In this document: in pieces, positions 10,800-21,440 of the stretch
How the letters are laid out: each line of letters starts with the position of its first letter
Numbering within the stretch: the stretch's first letter is position 1
NCBI GenBank assembly: GCA_964236955.1
Contig: CAXSGP010000005.1
Location: 32,044 to 96,043, forward strand
From: an uncultured Oligoflexus sp.
GTDB lineage: Bacteria > Bdellovibrionota_B > Oligoflexia > Oligoflexales > Oligoflexaceae
Reading direction: 5' to 3'
Length of the DNA: 64,000 nt
The notes under the pieces: generated by a model
Told to the model about the DNA's origin: nothing
The model's input: the letters and a program-made list of their open reading frames with translations, nothing else
Database searches by the model: none
Translations under genes and position numbers: made by a program

Positions 10800-11594
10800 C
10801 TAACGTTTTTCAACGGCAACCTGGTTGCCTTTGTCATCGCGGAAGCTGCCTTCTTTGACCTGAACGATACGATCGGCTGGCTTCTCATCGGAGTTGCGCT
10901 CGCCTTTGGAACGGATTTTACCTTCGGCACAGGCTTGAGCTGCGGTCGAGATAAAGAGTTCAAGAGAGCGAAGGCTATCGTCGTTACCTGGGATCGGATA
11001 GTCGATCATGGTCGGATCAGCATTGGTGTCGGCGATAGCGACGACTGGGATACCCAGGCGTTTCGCTTCCAGGATTGCTATCGTTTCCTTATGGGCATCG
11101 ACAATGAAGATTGCCGAAGGAAGACCGGGCATATCCTTGATCCCGCCTAGAACGAGATCAAGTTTTTCACGTTCACGGGTCAGGTTCAGAACTTCTTTTT
11201 TGGTCAGTTTCAAGAAGGTTCCGTCTTGAGACATTTTTTCGATTTTACGCAAACGGTGAATAGATTGACGGATGGTTTGGAAGTTGGTGAGAGTTCCACC
11301 CAACCAGCGGTGATTGATAAAATATTGGCCAGTACGGCGCGCTTCGTCTTGAACGAGATCACGGGCCAGACGCTTGGTACCTACAAATAGAACATGGCCG
11401 CCTTTAGCAGACGTGGCTTCAAGGAAGTCACAGGCCTTTTGAAACATCTTGACGGTTTTTTGCAGATCGATGATGTGGATGCCGTTACGCTGACCAAAGA
11501 TATAGGGTCCCATCTTTGGGTTCCAGCGACGGGTTTGGTGACCATAGTGAACACCGGCTTCGAGTAACTGCTTCATGTTGACGGTAACTGACAT
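10800..11594 (-). CDS. rpsB: 30S ribosomal protein S2
   Basis: [33 protein letters not shown]. Confidence 0.99.
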   Translation of the reverse strand: MSVTVNMKQLLEAGVHYGHQTRRWNPKMGPYIFGQRNGIHIIDLQKTVKMFQKACDFLEATSAKGGHVLFVGTKRLARDLVQDEARRTGQYFINHRWLGGTLTNFQTIRQSIHRLRKIEKMSQDGTFLKLTKKEVLNLTREREKLDLVLGGIKDMPGLPSAIFIVDAHKETIAILEAKRLGIPVVAIADTNADPTMIDYPIPGNDDSLRSLELFISTAAQACAEGKIRSKGERNSDEKPADRIVQVKEGSFRDDKGNQVAVEKR

Positions 11595-11769
11595 TTAAAA
11601 ACCCCTTGAAGGTTGTACGTCGAGAGCAGGTGCAAACGTAATCCTATGATTTCATTTGACTGACAGCCGCTGGCTGACCTTCGTTGCCCACTCTCTGTTT
11701 AATTGCGAAAGCTTTGAAAAAAGCCACAGGACTTTATCGCTGAAATTGCAGAAGAACAAGTACATTCAA

Positions 11770-12402
11770 TCAAGCGTCAGGCAACTTCAAGTTTTTTAGC
11801 ATGGCAAATGGACTTATATCGATATCCTTTTCATCCTTGTAAACAAGAGGCGTCTCCACATTATCTAAACAGATAAGGCAGGATTTTCCATCTTTATTCA
11901 AAACGATAAGCCGTGTGGGCAAAGCCGTTTGAACAATGTCATTGATAACCATCTCGACATCGAGTTCGCCCTTTTCATCAAGATAGTAGGTATCCAGATC
12001 CTCCGGCACGAGGTCGCGTTCGACTTCATCGTCGTCGTCCATACCTTCGATTTCAAAGCTCGACTCAGCCGCGACCCGATCGATGAAGCGCACGCTGATG
12101 TCTTTGTTGATAGGCCAAGGGATCTCTTTTTGACAACGACTGCAGCTTACCAAAGGCACGTATTCGATTTTGCCTTCGACGGTATAAAGACCGTAGGCTT
12201 CCGGCTTAATAGTGAGCTGACCCTTCAGGCCATAAGCTGCGTTGCCTAAAAAAGATGCATATATTTCGTTTAACCAGGCCTCAGTGCCATCGATTTGTAT
12301 ATTTTTCGATTCGCGCATGTCTTTTACTAAGACCTTCATAGTCACCCCAACTTCATAAAACGACGGACCCCCTCTTCTACTCCTGGTCCTAATGTCTTGC
12401 AA
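11770..12402 (-). CDS. YceD/DUF177 family protein (true start probably the internal MKVLVK)
   Basis: CSRC motif, later CLIC, C-terminal DISPFAMLKNLK typical of YceD. Confidence 0.75.
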   Translation of the reverse strand: MQDIRTRSRRGGPSFYEVGVTMKVLVKDMRESKNIQIDGTEAWLNEIYASFLGNAAYGLKGQLTIKPEAYGLYTVEGKIEYVPLVSCSRCQKEIPWPINKDISVRFIDRVAAESSFEIEGMDDDDEVERDLVPEDLDTYYLDEKGELDVEMVINDIVQTALPTRLIVLNKDGKSCLICLDNVETPLVYKDEKDIDISPFAMLKNLKLPDA

Positions 12403-12555
12403 GCCTTTGTGAATACTGGGTTCTTTGCCTTCTTTAATTTAAAAAATCCTATCAAAATAAAGGCTTACAATAAATTCTTACACTTTTTTGACTTAGCACC
12501 GATTACGATAACGACCTAAAGCGGATCCTATATTAGGAACGGGACCAATAGTCTC

Positions 12556-14070
12556 ATGACCAAGCGTTGGAATGTACATCACGGCAGCGAAAATCTCGGC
12601 CTAAAGACGGCCAAGGAGATTCGTGAGGCCTTGCGTAAAGGGACACTGGATCCCTTCGACAAGGTGTCGGCTGAGGGCTCCAATATCCGCGAAGACCTCA
12701 TTGAAGTTGACGAAATTTTTAAAGAAACTCAAGACGAGGACGACTCGGTCCCGGCGCAGGGCATGAGGGTATCGGAGCTAAGCCACGGCACCAATTCGGG
12801 GACCGGAACCGGGACTACGATCGCCCTGGCGACGGGTCCGGTACGCCCCGCCAATTCCGGATCCGGCAGTGGTGCAGGAAGCGGGATAAATACTGGAATG
12901 AATCCCTCAAAATCGCGCGTAGGGCCGCCTCCAAACTTTTCGGCAAGCTTCGCCGCGGATCCTAACCAGCCCCGTACGAATCCTCCACCGACGACGGCAG
13001 GGGGAGTACCTCTATCCTGGCGTACCGATCAAAGCGCTGACTTTCGGGAGCAGGTCGATTCCAAGTCCAATCAAAAACGTTACTATCTTATTGATAAGAG
13101 TAAGATTCTTGGCCCGCTCAGCGGTCTGGAAATCCAGTCTCTCTATAATCGCGGCGTTTTGGGCGCAAAAGTGAAGGTACAACGTATAGGCGGCACACGC
13201 TCAATTCCTGTGGCCCAATTTATTGCCAGCTATTCCGAAGATCGCCTGAAGGAATTGACCGAAGATGGCAAACTCAACCAAAAGGTCAGCAGCCCATCTT
13301 CTAAGGTTCTCAATGAGCTGTCACGTGTGGCCAATGCACAAAAGATTGCCCAAGGCCGGAAAAACAAGACCTATCTGATAATGCTGCTCTCCGGTTTGAT
13401 ACTTGGCGTGCTGCTGTTTGTCGTTGTCGATTCAAGTCGCTCGTCGAAACGATCCGACGACCGCGACAAAGATGACGGCCGACGCGGCAGCCGCCCAAAA
13501 CTTTTGCAACAGTCCCCCAATGAAGGCCTGGATGACAATGAGGATGAGGGGTCATCACCGCGTCGGTCCCCTAAAGCAAACCGCGCGTCTCCGCCATCGC
13601 CCAAAGCGAATCGACCTGCGGTGAAACCAGAGCCCGTGCTGGTGGAACGCCCCAGCAAAGCGCCTGCAAAACCGCCCAAAAAGTCGCCGGCCGTGGCCCC
13701 AGCAGCTTCCGCTCCAGCGGCAGCTCCTCTTGTTGTTAAGGCTCCACCGACCAAAACGGTAGCGCCCGTGACAACTCCGGCGCCTAAAAAAGTCGTCGAC
13801 AAGGAGGGGGCCATCGCCCGAGCGGTAAACTCCAACGCCCGCAGTATTCAAAAGATTGGACCATTGAGCTTTTCGATGGGAGCATTGGATTCGTGCCCCA
13901 GCAAATGCTCGCTTGTCTTTAGAGACTTGACCGGTGCGACAATCAAAGCCGTATTTTTCAAAAGCGCCTACTACGAACAGCTTAAGAAATCCAGTGGAAG
14001 TGTATATTTGACAGGAAATGCCCGCAGGGAAGGTGGCGAAGCGACTATCTTCATTCAAGACATCCAATAA
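12556..14070 (+). CDS. Single-pass membrane protein with two GYF_2-like domains, Pro/Lys-rich linker and small C-terminal domain
   Basis: Two similar units (KRWNV..ENLGLKTAKEIREALRKGTL; KRYYL..KILGPLSGLEIQSLYNRGVL); TM YLIMLLSGLILGVLLFVVV. Confidence 0.65.
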   Translation: MTKRWNVHHGSENLGLKTAKEIREALRKGTLDPFDKVSAEGSNIREDLIEVDEIFKETQDEDDSVPAQGMRVSELSHGTNSGTGTGTTIALATGPVRPANSGSGSGAGSGINTGMNPSKSRVGPPPNFSASFAADPNQPRTNPPPTTAGGVPLSWRTDQSADFREQVDSKSNQKRYYLIDKSKILGPLSGLEIQSLYNRGVLGAKVKVQRIGGTRSIPVAQFIASYSEDRLKELTEDGKLNQKVSSPSSKVLNELSRVANAQKIAQGRKNKTYLIMLLSGLILGVLLFVVVDSSRSSKRSDDRDKDDGRRGSRPKLLQQSPNEGLDDNEDEGSSPRRSPKANRASPPSPKANRPAVKPEPVLVERPSKAPAKPPKKSPAVAPAASAPAAAPLVVKAPPTKTVAPVTTPAPKKVVDKEGAIARAVNSNARSIQKIGPLSFSMGALDSCPSKCSLVFRDLTGATIKAVFFKSAYYEQLKKSSGSVYLTGNARREGGEATIFIQDIQ

Positions 14071-14188
14071 GCCAACTCACTCTCAAATTATGACAGACTC
14101 CGTACTTGACCCGTTCTTCATGAAACGGTAATAGGGTAGGTTCTTAAATGGAACGTAACATCGCCCGCGATGATAAGGAGTCATTCAT

Positions 14189-14407
14189 ATGCCAGTACCA
14201 AAAAGACGCACGTCAGCCTCCAAACGTGATAAACGCCGCTCTCACCACGCTATCAAATTAGGCGGACTCTCGGTTTGTTCAAACTGCAGCACGGTAAAAC
14301 ATCCTCACAGCATCTGCGAAGCCTGCGGCCATTACCGAGGCAAGCAATGGCTTGAGCCTAAGCAGTTGAATAAGTTGGAAGCTGGATTCGCTACTGGCGG
14401 AGAATAA
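14189..14407 (+). CDS. rpmF: 50S ribosomal protein L32 (zinc-binding form)
   Basis: MPVPKRRTS..KRRSH, CSNC..PH.ICEACGHY. Confidence 0.97.
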   Translation: MPVPKRRTSASKRDKRRSHHAIKLGGLSVCSNCSTVKHPHSICEACGHYRGKQWLEPKQLNKLEAGFATGGE

Positions 14408-14410
14408 CCG

Positions 14411-15346
14411 ATGCAAACGCTAGCCATGTTCCCTGGGCAAGGAAGCCAGTATGTGGGCATGGGGCAGAAGCTTCTCGAAGCTTTCCCCGCGGCGAAGGCG
14501 ATATTTGAAGAAGCAGAGGACGCTTCCAAAGTTGCTATTCGACGATTATGCCTTGAAGGTCCAGAGGACGAACTCAAACTTACCGCTAACACCCAACCCT
14601 GTCTTCTCACAGTAAGCGTAGCCTATTGGCAGGTTTTGCGGGATGAATTGGGCCTCGATTTTAAGTACTTCGCTGGTCACAGTCTGGGCGAATATTCGGC
14701 ACTTGTCGCCGCCGGTAAACTAAGCCTGGCGCGCGCAGCATTCCTCGTAAAACAACGTGGCGAAGCTATGCAGCGAGCCGTCGCTCCAGGGGTGGGCTCG
14801 ATGGCCGCGATTATGAAGATGCCTAGCGACCAGCTTGAGGCTCTTTGCTCAAAGCATTCGACGTCCAGCACCAGCGTCGTCGAACTCGCTAACTACAATA
14901 GTGACGCTCAACTCGTCGTTGCTGGCCACAAAGAAGCCGTGAAGGCACTTTGCGCCGAAGCTGCAACAGTAGGCGCCCGCTGCATTGAATTAGCCGTCAG
15001 CGCGCCTTTTCATTCGAGCCTCATGCAGCCTGCTCGAATTTTTATGGCTCCGCTCCTCTCTGACAGTAGCTTTCATAAAAACGAAACTGTCATTATTCCT
15101 AATATCAACGCTACTGAGGTTTCGGATTACGGTCCTAAATATCTCATCGAGCAGATCGATGGCCCGGTTCGTTGGATTCAATCGATTGAACAGGCAAGAG
15201 ATCTGGGATTGACCCGCTTTATTGAAATCGGGCCTGGCAAAGTTCTGAATGGTCTCGTGAAACGCATCGTTCCAAAGGACGGTTTTACCATTCACTCTAC
15301 TGACGATATCGTGGAGGCGATTGCCACTTTAAAACTCGAACTTTAG
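14411..15346 (+). CDS. fabD: Malonyl-CoA:ACP transacylase
   Basis: FPGQGSQ, GHSLGEY, VSAPFHS, EIGPGKVL. Confidence 0.97.
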   Translation: MQTLAMFPGQGSQYVGMGQKLLEAFPAAKAIFEEAEDASKVAIRRLCLEGPEDELKLTANTQPCLLTVSVAYWQVLRDELGLDFKYFAGHSLGEYSALVAAGKLSLARAAFLVKQRGEAMQRAVAPGVGSMAAIMKMPSDQLEALCSKHSTSSTSVVELANYNSDAQLVVAGHKEAVKALCAEAATVGARCIELAVSAPFHSSLMQPARIFMAPLLSDSSFHKNETVIIPNINATEVSDYGPKYLIEQIDGPVRWIQSIEQARDLGLTRFIEIGPGKVLNGLVKRIVPKDGFTIHSTDDIVEAIATLKLEL

Positions 15347-15362
15347 ACGATTCCTGAAATAG

Positions 15363-15402
15363 AAAGAGCCGCTTCGATACGTTCGAAAGCGGCTCTTTTT
15401 TT
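15363..15402 (+). terminator. Intrinsic terminator after fabD
   Basis: AAAGAGCCGCTT/AAGCGGCTCTTT stem followed by a T-run. Confidence 0.85.
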
Positions 15403-15492
15403 GTTGTCTGCGCCTTGCCACGACTATCGGTTCTTGGCAAGACCAGAAAGTTTCAGAAAGAAAGGGGCCCCAAGAGCCCTCCCCTCGATCGA

Positions 15493-17487
15493 TCAGCTCA
15501 AGCTATCGGCAACGATTTCTGCGATATCCCTGACCTGAACACTGGCTTCTTTTCCTTGGGATTTGATTCCGTCATTCATCATCGTCATACAGAAGGGACA
15601 AGCCGTAGCTACGGTCGAAGCACCGGTTGCTAACGCTTCTTTCGCCCTGTTTTCGTTGACGCGCTCGCCTATCGTTTCTTCGAGCCACATGCGACCGCCG
15701 CCAGCGCCGCAGCAAAAACCTTTTTCCTTGTTACGCGGCATTTCGGTCAGCTTCACGCCCGGAACCTGCAGCAGGGACTGCCGAGGCGCTTCATAGACCT
15801 GGTTGTGGCGGCCAAGGTAACAAGAATCATGGAAGGTGACTTCTTTCGCAGAGTCAGGAACTTCGGTCGATTTGATTTTGCCCGTTTTCACCAGGTCCGT
15901 GATCAGCTCGCTGTGGTGAATGACTTCGGCTTTAAAGCCAAAGTCCGGATATTCATTTTTGATCGTGTTGAAACAGTGAGGACACCCGGTCACGATCTTC
16001 TTCACATTGTATTTTTTCATCGTCGTGATGTTTTCCTGGATCTGCATATCGGCCAGATATTCGTTGCCAAGGCGTCTTGCGGTATCACCGTTACAACGCT
16101 CTTCCGTACCCAGTATGGAGAAGCTCACATCGGCCTTGTCGAGTATCTTGGCAATCGATTTGGAGACTTTGGTATAGCGATCATCGTAGCTACCCGCACA
16201 ACCGACCCAAAAAAGATATTCGACGTCACTCTTCTCGGCCATCGTCGAAACATTCAGGCCTTTTGCCCAGTCGGCCCGGTTAGCAGGGCTAAAGGCCCAT
16301 GGACTGCCGTTATTCTCAAGGTTACGAAAGGTCGCCTGAGCTTCCTCAGGAAACGCCCCCTCGGTCATAGTTAGGTAACGGCGCATATCAACGATAGCCG
16401 GAATGTGCTCGATATAGAGTGGACAAGCCTCCATACAGGCACCGCAGGTGGTGCAGGACCAAAGCTCGTCGGGAGTCACAAAGCTGCCGCCGATAAGGGG
16501 ACGATGCTCAGCCTCGGGCGTCGTCACATGATTAATAAGAGAGTACTTGATATCATGCATGATTTTACGGGGATCCAGCGGTTTACCAGTCGTATTGGCT
16601 GGACAAACTTCGGTGCAACGGCCGCATTCCACGCAGGTATAGGAATCAAGGAGCTGTTTCCAGGTGAATTCCTCGGGTTTGTGCACACCGAAGGACTCCG
16701 CGTTTTCATCGAAGATCATAGGACGGAGACGACCGCGAGGATGGTGATTGCGGAAAAAAATGTTAGGCCAGACCCAAATCAAATGCTGATGCTTCGAGTA
16801 GGGGAGAAAAGTCATGAATCCAAAAAGAACCAGACTGTGGGCCCAGAACATACCTTTATCAAAGGCCACCCAATCGCTCACCATACCTGAAAAAATCGAG
16901 GCGAAAGCATTACCGAATGGAACGGAGCTGGCGGGAATGAGCCCCGCCTGCGCCCGCGAGCCAACGAGAATCAATGAGGTCGTAACAAGGGCCAGGATGA
17001 AAGCCAGGACGTACATCGCATCCACACGCGAGGCTTTTTCCAACCCCTGAAATCGTTTGGGAGGAAAGGTAAGGCGTCGCACGATCGCATAGACAATCGC
17101 CGCAAAGACGATGAAATTGCCAAAATCCTGCGACCATAGAAAGGCTCTGTAGGCAGCGCTTTTTTCACCCAGCAGCGCTCCAAAATGGAGGCCAGGAAAA
17201 ATTCCAGAGATCAGGACCTCAGTCGTCCCGAGAGACACGATGACAAAGCCCCAAAAGATAAGGGCATGCATGATGCCAGCAACGGGATCACGAAACATTT
17301 TTTCTTGAATAAAACCAAAACGCACGACCTCATAAATACGTCTGGGAAGGTTGGTTAATCGATTTTCCTCTTTGCCTTTGCCAAACTCAAACCGCTTGGC
17401 AATTTTGAGAAGGTTCTTCCCAAAAAAACCAAATGTAGCGATTGCTAAGATCGCGAATAAAACGTTCGGTAAGTAGCTCACCTGCAT
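15493..17487 (-). CDS. Membrane Fe-S oxidoreductase with 2[4Fe-4S] and CCG domains (FadF/HdrD-like)
   Basis: TM region, [42 protein letters not shown] 17487 preceded by AAGGGAG. Confidence 0.9.
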   Translation of the reverse strand: MQVSYLPNVLFAILAIATFGFFGKNLLKIAKRFEFGKGKEENRLTNLPRRIYEVVRFGFIQEKMFRDPVAGIMHALIFWGFVIVSLGTTEVLISGIFPGLHFGALLGEKSAAYRAFLWSQDFGNFIVFAAIVYAIVRRLTFPPKRFQGLEKASRVDAMYVLAFILALVTTSLILVGSRAQAGLIPASSVPFGNAFASIFSGMVSDWVAFDKGMFWAHSLVLFGFMTFLPYSKHQHLIWVWPNIFFRNHHPRGRLRPMIFDENAESFGVHKPEEFTWKQLLDSYTCVECGRCTEVCPANTTGKPLDPRKIMHDIKYSLINHVTTPEAEHRPLIGGSFVTPDELWSCTTCGACMEACPLYIEHIPAIVDMRRYLTMTEGAFPEEAQATFRNLENNGSPWAFSPANRADWAKGLNVSTMAEKSDVEYLFWVGCAGSYDDRYTKVSKSIAKILDKADVSFSILGTEERCNGDTARRLGNEYLADMQIQENITTMKKYNVKKIVTGCPHCFNTIKNEYPDFGFKAEVIHHSELITDLVKTGKIKSTEVPDSAKEVTFHDSCYLGRHNQVYEAPRQSLLQVPGVKLTEMPRNKEKGFCCGAGGGRMWLEETIGERVNENRAKEALATGASTVATACPFCMTMMNDGIKSQGKEASVQVRDIAEIVADSLS

Positions 17488-17741
17488 GCTCCCTTGACAT
17501 ATGCTGTTCCTGAAGGACGGGGGTCTTCGACTGACATTGCTCAATAGTCCAAAATATAGAGAGCTTACGGTGTTGTCGAGGCTGAAGCGAAAAAAAGCGG
17601 AGCCAACTCTCGTTTACGGCTTGGGCTGCAGCTGACGACTGTGTGGTTTGAGCGGCTTGCAAACCCTAAATGTGGGATTGAACTGCCTGCAGTTGGCTCT
17701 ATTCAGGACATTATGAATCCTGCAGCCTCTAACCTTGAGGT

Positions 17742-18131
17742 TTAGAAACTCTTCGTACGCCCAGTAGCGTGTGAGTATTTGCGTTTGTCTTGAATTTTTA
17801 GTCCATTGCACACTTTGTGAAAAGCATTCTCACTTTGCCAGGCCTGCAGCATCATCCGGTGCGTTTCGTATTGAATTTTAGCTTCAAGACCCTCGCCTAA
17901 CACGGCAATATACTGATCAAGCTTGGCAAGATAGTCAGGATGGGTAAGGGCTTCACGATCCGCCTGGGAGCCTTTGCCCGCGACACTTTTCTTAATACTT
18001 TTTAGAACTTGAGGAAATAACTCAGCCAGCCGCGCCGCCACCTGTAGACTCTGTCGACTCTGCTGCGCATGACGTCGTGCGCGCTCGGCAACTTCATCAG
18101 GATTTAGCTTGGGTTTTCGCTCTTGCTGCAT
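17742..18131 (-). CDS. Hypothetical alpha-helical protein
   Basis: AGGAGA RBS; helical composition; READ-like A.REA..HPDY...AWQS pattern. Confidence 0.7.
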   Translation of the reverse strand: MQQERKPKLNPDEVAERARRHAQQSRQSLQVAARLAELFPQVLKSIKKSVAGKGSQADREALTHPDYLAKLDQYIAVLGEGLEAKIQYETHRMMLQAWQSENAFHKVCNGLKIQDKRKYSHATGRTKSF

Positions 18132-18507
18132 AACGCTCTCCTATCGTAGGCATTCTAGTGCAAACATGGCCTTTCAGCTAGGCTTCATAGAGGTCTAATG
18201 ACTCATAAACCCTTGCTAAAACAATATACAAATCCGACTCAACGCCGATTTGCGGTTGACTCAAAAGCTGAACCGCTGGCTTTCCCATCCTCTTTAGCCC
18301 GATCGATGACACGGTCCAATCAGCTTGCGCTTCGCGCGATTCACCAACATTTTGGGAGATATCGAGGGGTAGGTTCTCTTGGTTGAATTCGAGTTCTTCT
18401 AAGACAGGAGAGTTCGCTAACGATTTGGCATGACCCCGACGAACACCAGATACCCGATTCCGATTTACCCGGCCGAAGCATCAGAACCCCTTGAAAAGAT
18501 CTACAAA

Positions 18508-18536
18508 AAAATGTTTATAGATTTAGTAGACATTTT
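18508..18536. promoter_or_regulatory. Putative Rrf2/IscR-type operator
   Basis: AAAATGTTTA-N9-TAGACATTTT inverted repeat about 75 bp upstream of the Rrf2-suf operon. Confidence 0.5.
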
Positions 18537-18610
18537 ATCTTAGAGTTGCGAATTGTATAGCTTTCCGCTAAACAAGTGCCTCACTTGCAGCCATAAAAAG
18601 GGGACGGTTT

Positions 18611-19105
18611 GTGAATCTGACATCGCGCAGCCGTTACGCTTTAAAAATTATGCTCGATCTTGCTCATAGACAGAATGAACCGCTGGTCCGTCGCCAGGAA
18701 ATTGTCGCAAGACAGGGAATTCCTTCCAAATATTTGGATCAGATTCTGATTCGTCTCCGCAAAGCCGACCTTGTTGAAAGCGTCCGCGGGCGCACCGGTG
18801 GCTATCGGATCAGCCGCAAAATCGAGCAAATTAGTGTTTGGGAAGTGTTTCGAGCGGTCGAGGATGGCATTTATCCGGTCCAGTGTGTCGATGAACATCA
18901 AGGCTGCGAATTTATGCAAAGCTGTGCGGCGGTGGAACCCTGGCAATTCATATTTGAATCTATGCGCAATTGCCTTGAGGCTATGAATCTTTTGGATTTT
19001 GAACAGCGCTTCGGCAGCGGCCAGACAAATAGTAGAAGCGATGGTATTCAAGAATGCCGACACGGCCGTGAGCCCTTTCGCAGCGTCGCCGATCACTTGC
19101 TTTAG
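18611..19105 (+). CDS. Rrf2 family transcriptional regulator (IscR-like)
   Basis: LTSRSRYAL, YLDQIL..LRKADLVESVRGRTGGY, three Cys C-x6-C-x5-C. Confidence 0.92.
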   Translation: MNLTSRSRYALKIMLDLAHRQNEPLVRRQEIVARQGIPSKYLDQILIRLRKADLVESVRGRTGGYRISRKIEQISVWEVFRAVEDGIYPVQCVDEHQGCEFMQSCAAVEPWQFIFESMRNCLEAMNLLDFEQRFGSGQTNSRSDGIQECRHGREPFRSVADHLL

Positions 19106-19192
19106 ATTTCGTCCGATTGCCTCGAACGACTCGGGATGAAAGCAGCCAAGCGGTAGGGGCAAGGCGAAGATTATTATGGAGAGGGAATTGAA

Positions 19193-20638
19193 ATGACTGA
19201 AAACGAAATCACAACTCAACTCGCGCAGCGCGAATATAAATACGGATTCGTCAGTGACATCGAGACTGAGGAATTCCCGCGCGGCTTGAGCGAAGACATC
19301 GTCCGCCGTATTTCAGCCGTCAAAGAAGAGCCCGACTTTGTGCTGCAGTTCCGGCTTAAAGCCTATCACCACTGGCTCACACTCAAGGAACCGGAATGGG
19401 CACTCGTCCACTATCCCGCGATAGATTTTCAGGCGATACAATATTATTCAGCACCAAAAAACAAGGGTGATGGCCCGAAGAGTCTTCAGGATATTGATCC
19501 CGAACTCCTGGCAACCTTCAATCGCCTTGGCATTCCGCTCGGTGAGCAGCAGCGAATCACCGGCGTAGCCGTTGATATCGTCTTCGACTCGGTGTCTCTA
19601 GGCACAACCCATCAGGAAGAGCTGGAAAAGCACGGCATCATATTCTGCAGTCTTTCCGAGGCGATTCAAAAGCATCCGGAACTCGTTAAGAAGTACCTGG
19701 GGAAAGTCGTTCCCTACAAAGCTAATTACTACGCAACGCTCAACTCGGCAGTCTTTACCGATGGCTCGTTCTGCTATATCCCCAAAGGTGTGCGTTGTCC
19801 GCTCGATCTCAGCACCTACTTTCGCATCAACGCAGCCGGCACGGGGCAATTCGAGCGTACGCTGCTGATCGCCGACAGCGATTCCTATGTCAGCTACCTC
19901 GAAGGCTGTACGGCTCCCCAGCGCGATGAAAACCAGTTGCATGCCGCCGTGGTTGAACTCATTGCCATGGATAACGCTCAAATCAAATATTCAACCGTTC
20001 AAAACTGGTACGCGGGCAACAGCGAAGGCCAAGGCGGCATCTATAACTTTGTAACGAAGCGGGGGCTTTGCCAGGGCGTAAACTCCCGCATTTCGTGGAC
20101 GCAGGTCGAAGCTGGTTCCGCAATCACCTGGAAATATCCAAGCTGCATTCTGCAGGGCGATGGTTCACGGGGCGAATTCTATTCGGTAGCGCTGACCAAC
20201 CATAAAATGCAGGCCGACACGGGTACCAAGATGATTCACATCGGCAAAAATACCCGCAGTCGCATCATCTCCAAAGGTATATCGGCCGAAGAGTCGAGCA
20301 ATACCTATCGCGGCCTCGTCAAGATCATGCCATCTGCCGAAGGCGCGCGCAATCACTCGCAATGCGATTCGCTACTGGTGGGTGACCGGTGCAGCGCCAA
20401 TACCTTTCCCTATATCGAAGTCAAAAATAATTCGGCCGTCATCGAACACGAAGCGACAACTTCGAAGATCAGCACCGAGCAGATCTTCTACCTCAAGTCG
20501 CGGGGTCTCGAAGAGGAACAGGCGATCGGTTTGCTCCTCAATGGGTTTTGCAAGGAAGTCTTTAAAGAGCTTCCCCTCGAATTTTCGGTCGAGGCGGTCA
20601 AGCTCCTGGAAATGAAGCTTGAAGGCAGCGTCGGTTAA
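19193..20638 (+). CDS. sufB: Fe-S cluster assembly protein SufB
   Basis: [38 protein letters not shown]. Confidence 0.98.
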   Translation: MTENEITTQLAQREYKYGFVSDIETEEFPRGLSEDIVRRISAVKEEPDFVLQFRLKAYHHWLTLKEPEWALVHYPAIDFQAIQYYSAPKNKGDGPKSLQDIDPELLATFNRLGIPLGEQQRITGVAVDIVFDSVSLGTTHQEELEKHGIIFCSLSEAIQKHPELVKKYLGKVVPYKANYYATLNSAVFTDGSFCYIPKGVRCPLDLSTYFRINAAGTGQFERTLLIADSDSYVSYLEGCTAPQRDENQLHAAVVELIAMDNAQIKYSTVQNWYAGNSEGQGGIYNFVTKRGLCQGVNSRISWTQVEAGSAITWKYPSCILQGDGSRGEFYSVALTNHKMQADTGTKMIHIGKNTRSRIISKGISAEESSNTYRGLVKIMPSAEGARNHSQCDSLLVGDRCSANTFPYIEVKNNSAVIEHEATTSKISTEQIFYLKSRGLEEEQAIGLLLNGFCKEVFKELPLEFSVEAVKLLEMKLEGSVG

Positions 20639-20675
20639 GTTGCATTAAAAATGTAAGTTTGGAGTTAGATCCCAT

Positions 20676-21428
20676 ATGCTCAATATCGAAAATTTGCATG
20701 TAAGTGTCGAAGAAAAACAGGTCCTTAAGGGCCTTAGCCTATCTATTAAAGCCGGCGAGGTTCATGCGATCATGGGCCCCAATGGAAGCGGTAAAAGCAC
20801 CTTATCGAAGGTTATCGCTGGCCATCCCGAATATACGGTAACCTCGGGCAGCATCACCTACGATGTCAACTTTCGCCCCAGAAATGTGCTGGAGATGGAA
20901 CCCGATGAAAGAGCCCGCAACGGCCTTTTTCTCGCCTTTCAATATCCGGTGGAAATCCCAGGGATTCCCAACCTTGAATTCCTGAAAGCGGCCTTCAACG
21001 CAGTTTGCAAACACCAGGGTGTCGACCCCATGGAGTCGAAGGCTTTTGAAGCCTTTGTGCGCGAGAAGGCCAAGATGCTTGAAATTGACTCGAGCTTTTT
21101 AGATAGAGAGCTCAACGTCGATCTTTCTGGGGGCGAAAAAAAGCGAAACGAAATTCTGCAGATGGCCGTTCTCAATCCACGCTTGGCCCTGCTCGACGAA
21201 ACCGATTCCGGTCTCGATGTCGATTCGCTGCGCATCGTATCCCAAGGCGTGAATAAGCTTAAATCCAAAGACAACGCGATCGTGATGATCACGCACTATC
21301 ACCGTATCCTGAACTATATCCGGCCGGACTTCGTTCACGTCCTGGCAGAAGGCCGTATCGTGCGATCAGGCGATGTTTCGCTCGCTTTGCAAATTGAAGA
21401 ACGCGGCTACGACTGGCTACTGAATTAA
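20676..21428 (+). CDS. sufC: Fe-S cluster assembly ATPase SufC
   Basis: GPNGSGKST, FLAFQYPVEIPG, SGGEKKRNEILQ, DETDSGLD. Confidence 0.98.
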   Translation: MLNIENLHVSVEEKQVLKGLSLSIKAGEVHAIMGPNGSGKSTLSKVIAGHPEYTVTSGSITYDVNFRPRNVLEMEPDERARNGLFLAFQYPVEIPGIPNLEFLKAAFNAVCKHQGVDPMESKAFEAFVREKAKMLEIDSSFLDRELNVDLSGGEKKRNEILQMAVLNPRLALLDETDSGLDVDSLRIVSQGVNKLKSKDNAIVMITHYHRILNYIRPDFVHVLAEGRIVRSGDVSLALQIEERGYDWLLN

Positions 21429-21440
21429 GGAGTAATTCCC

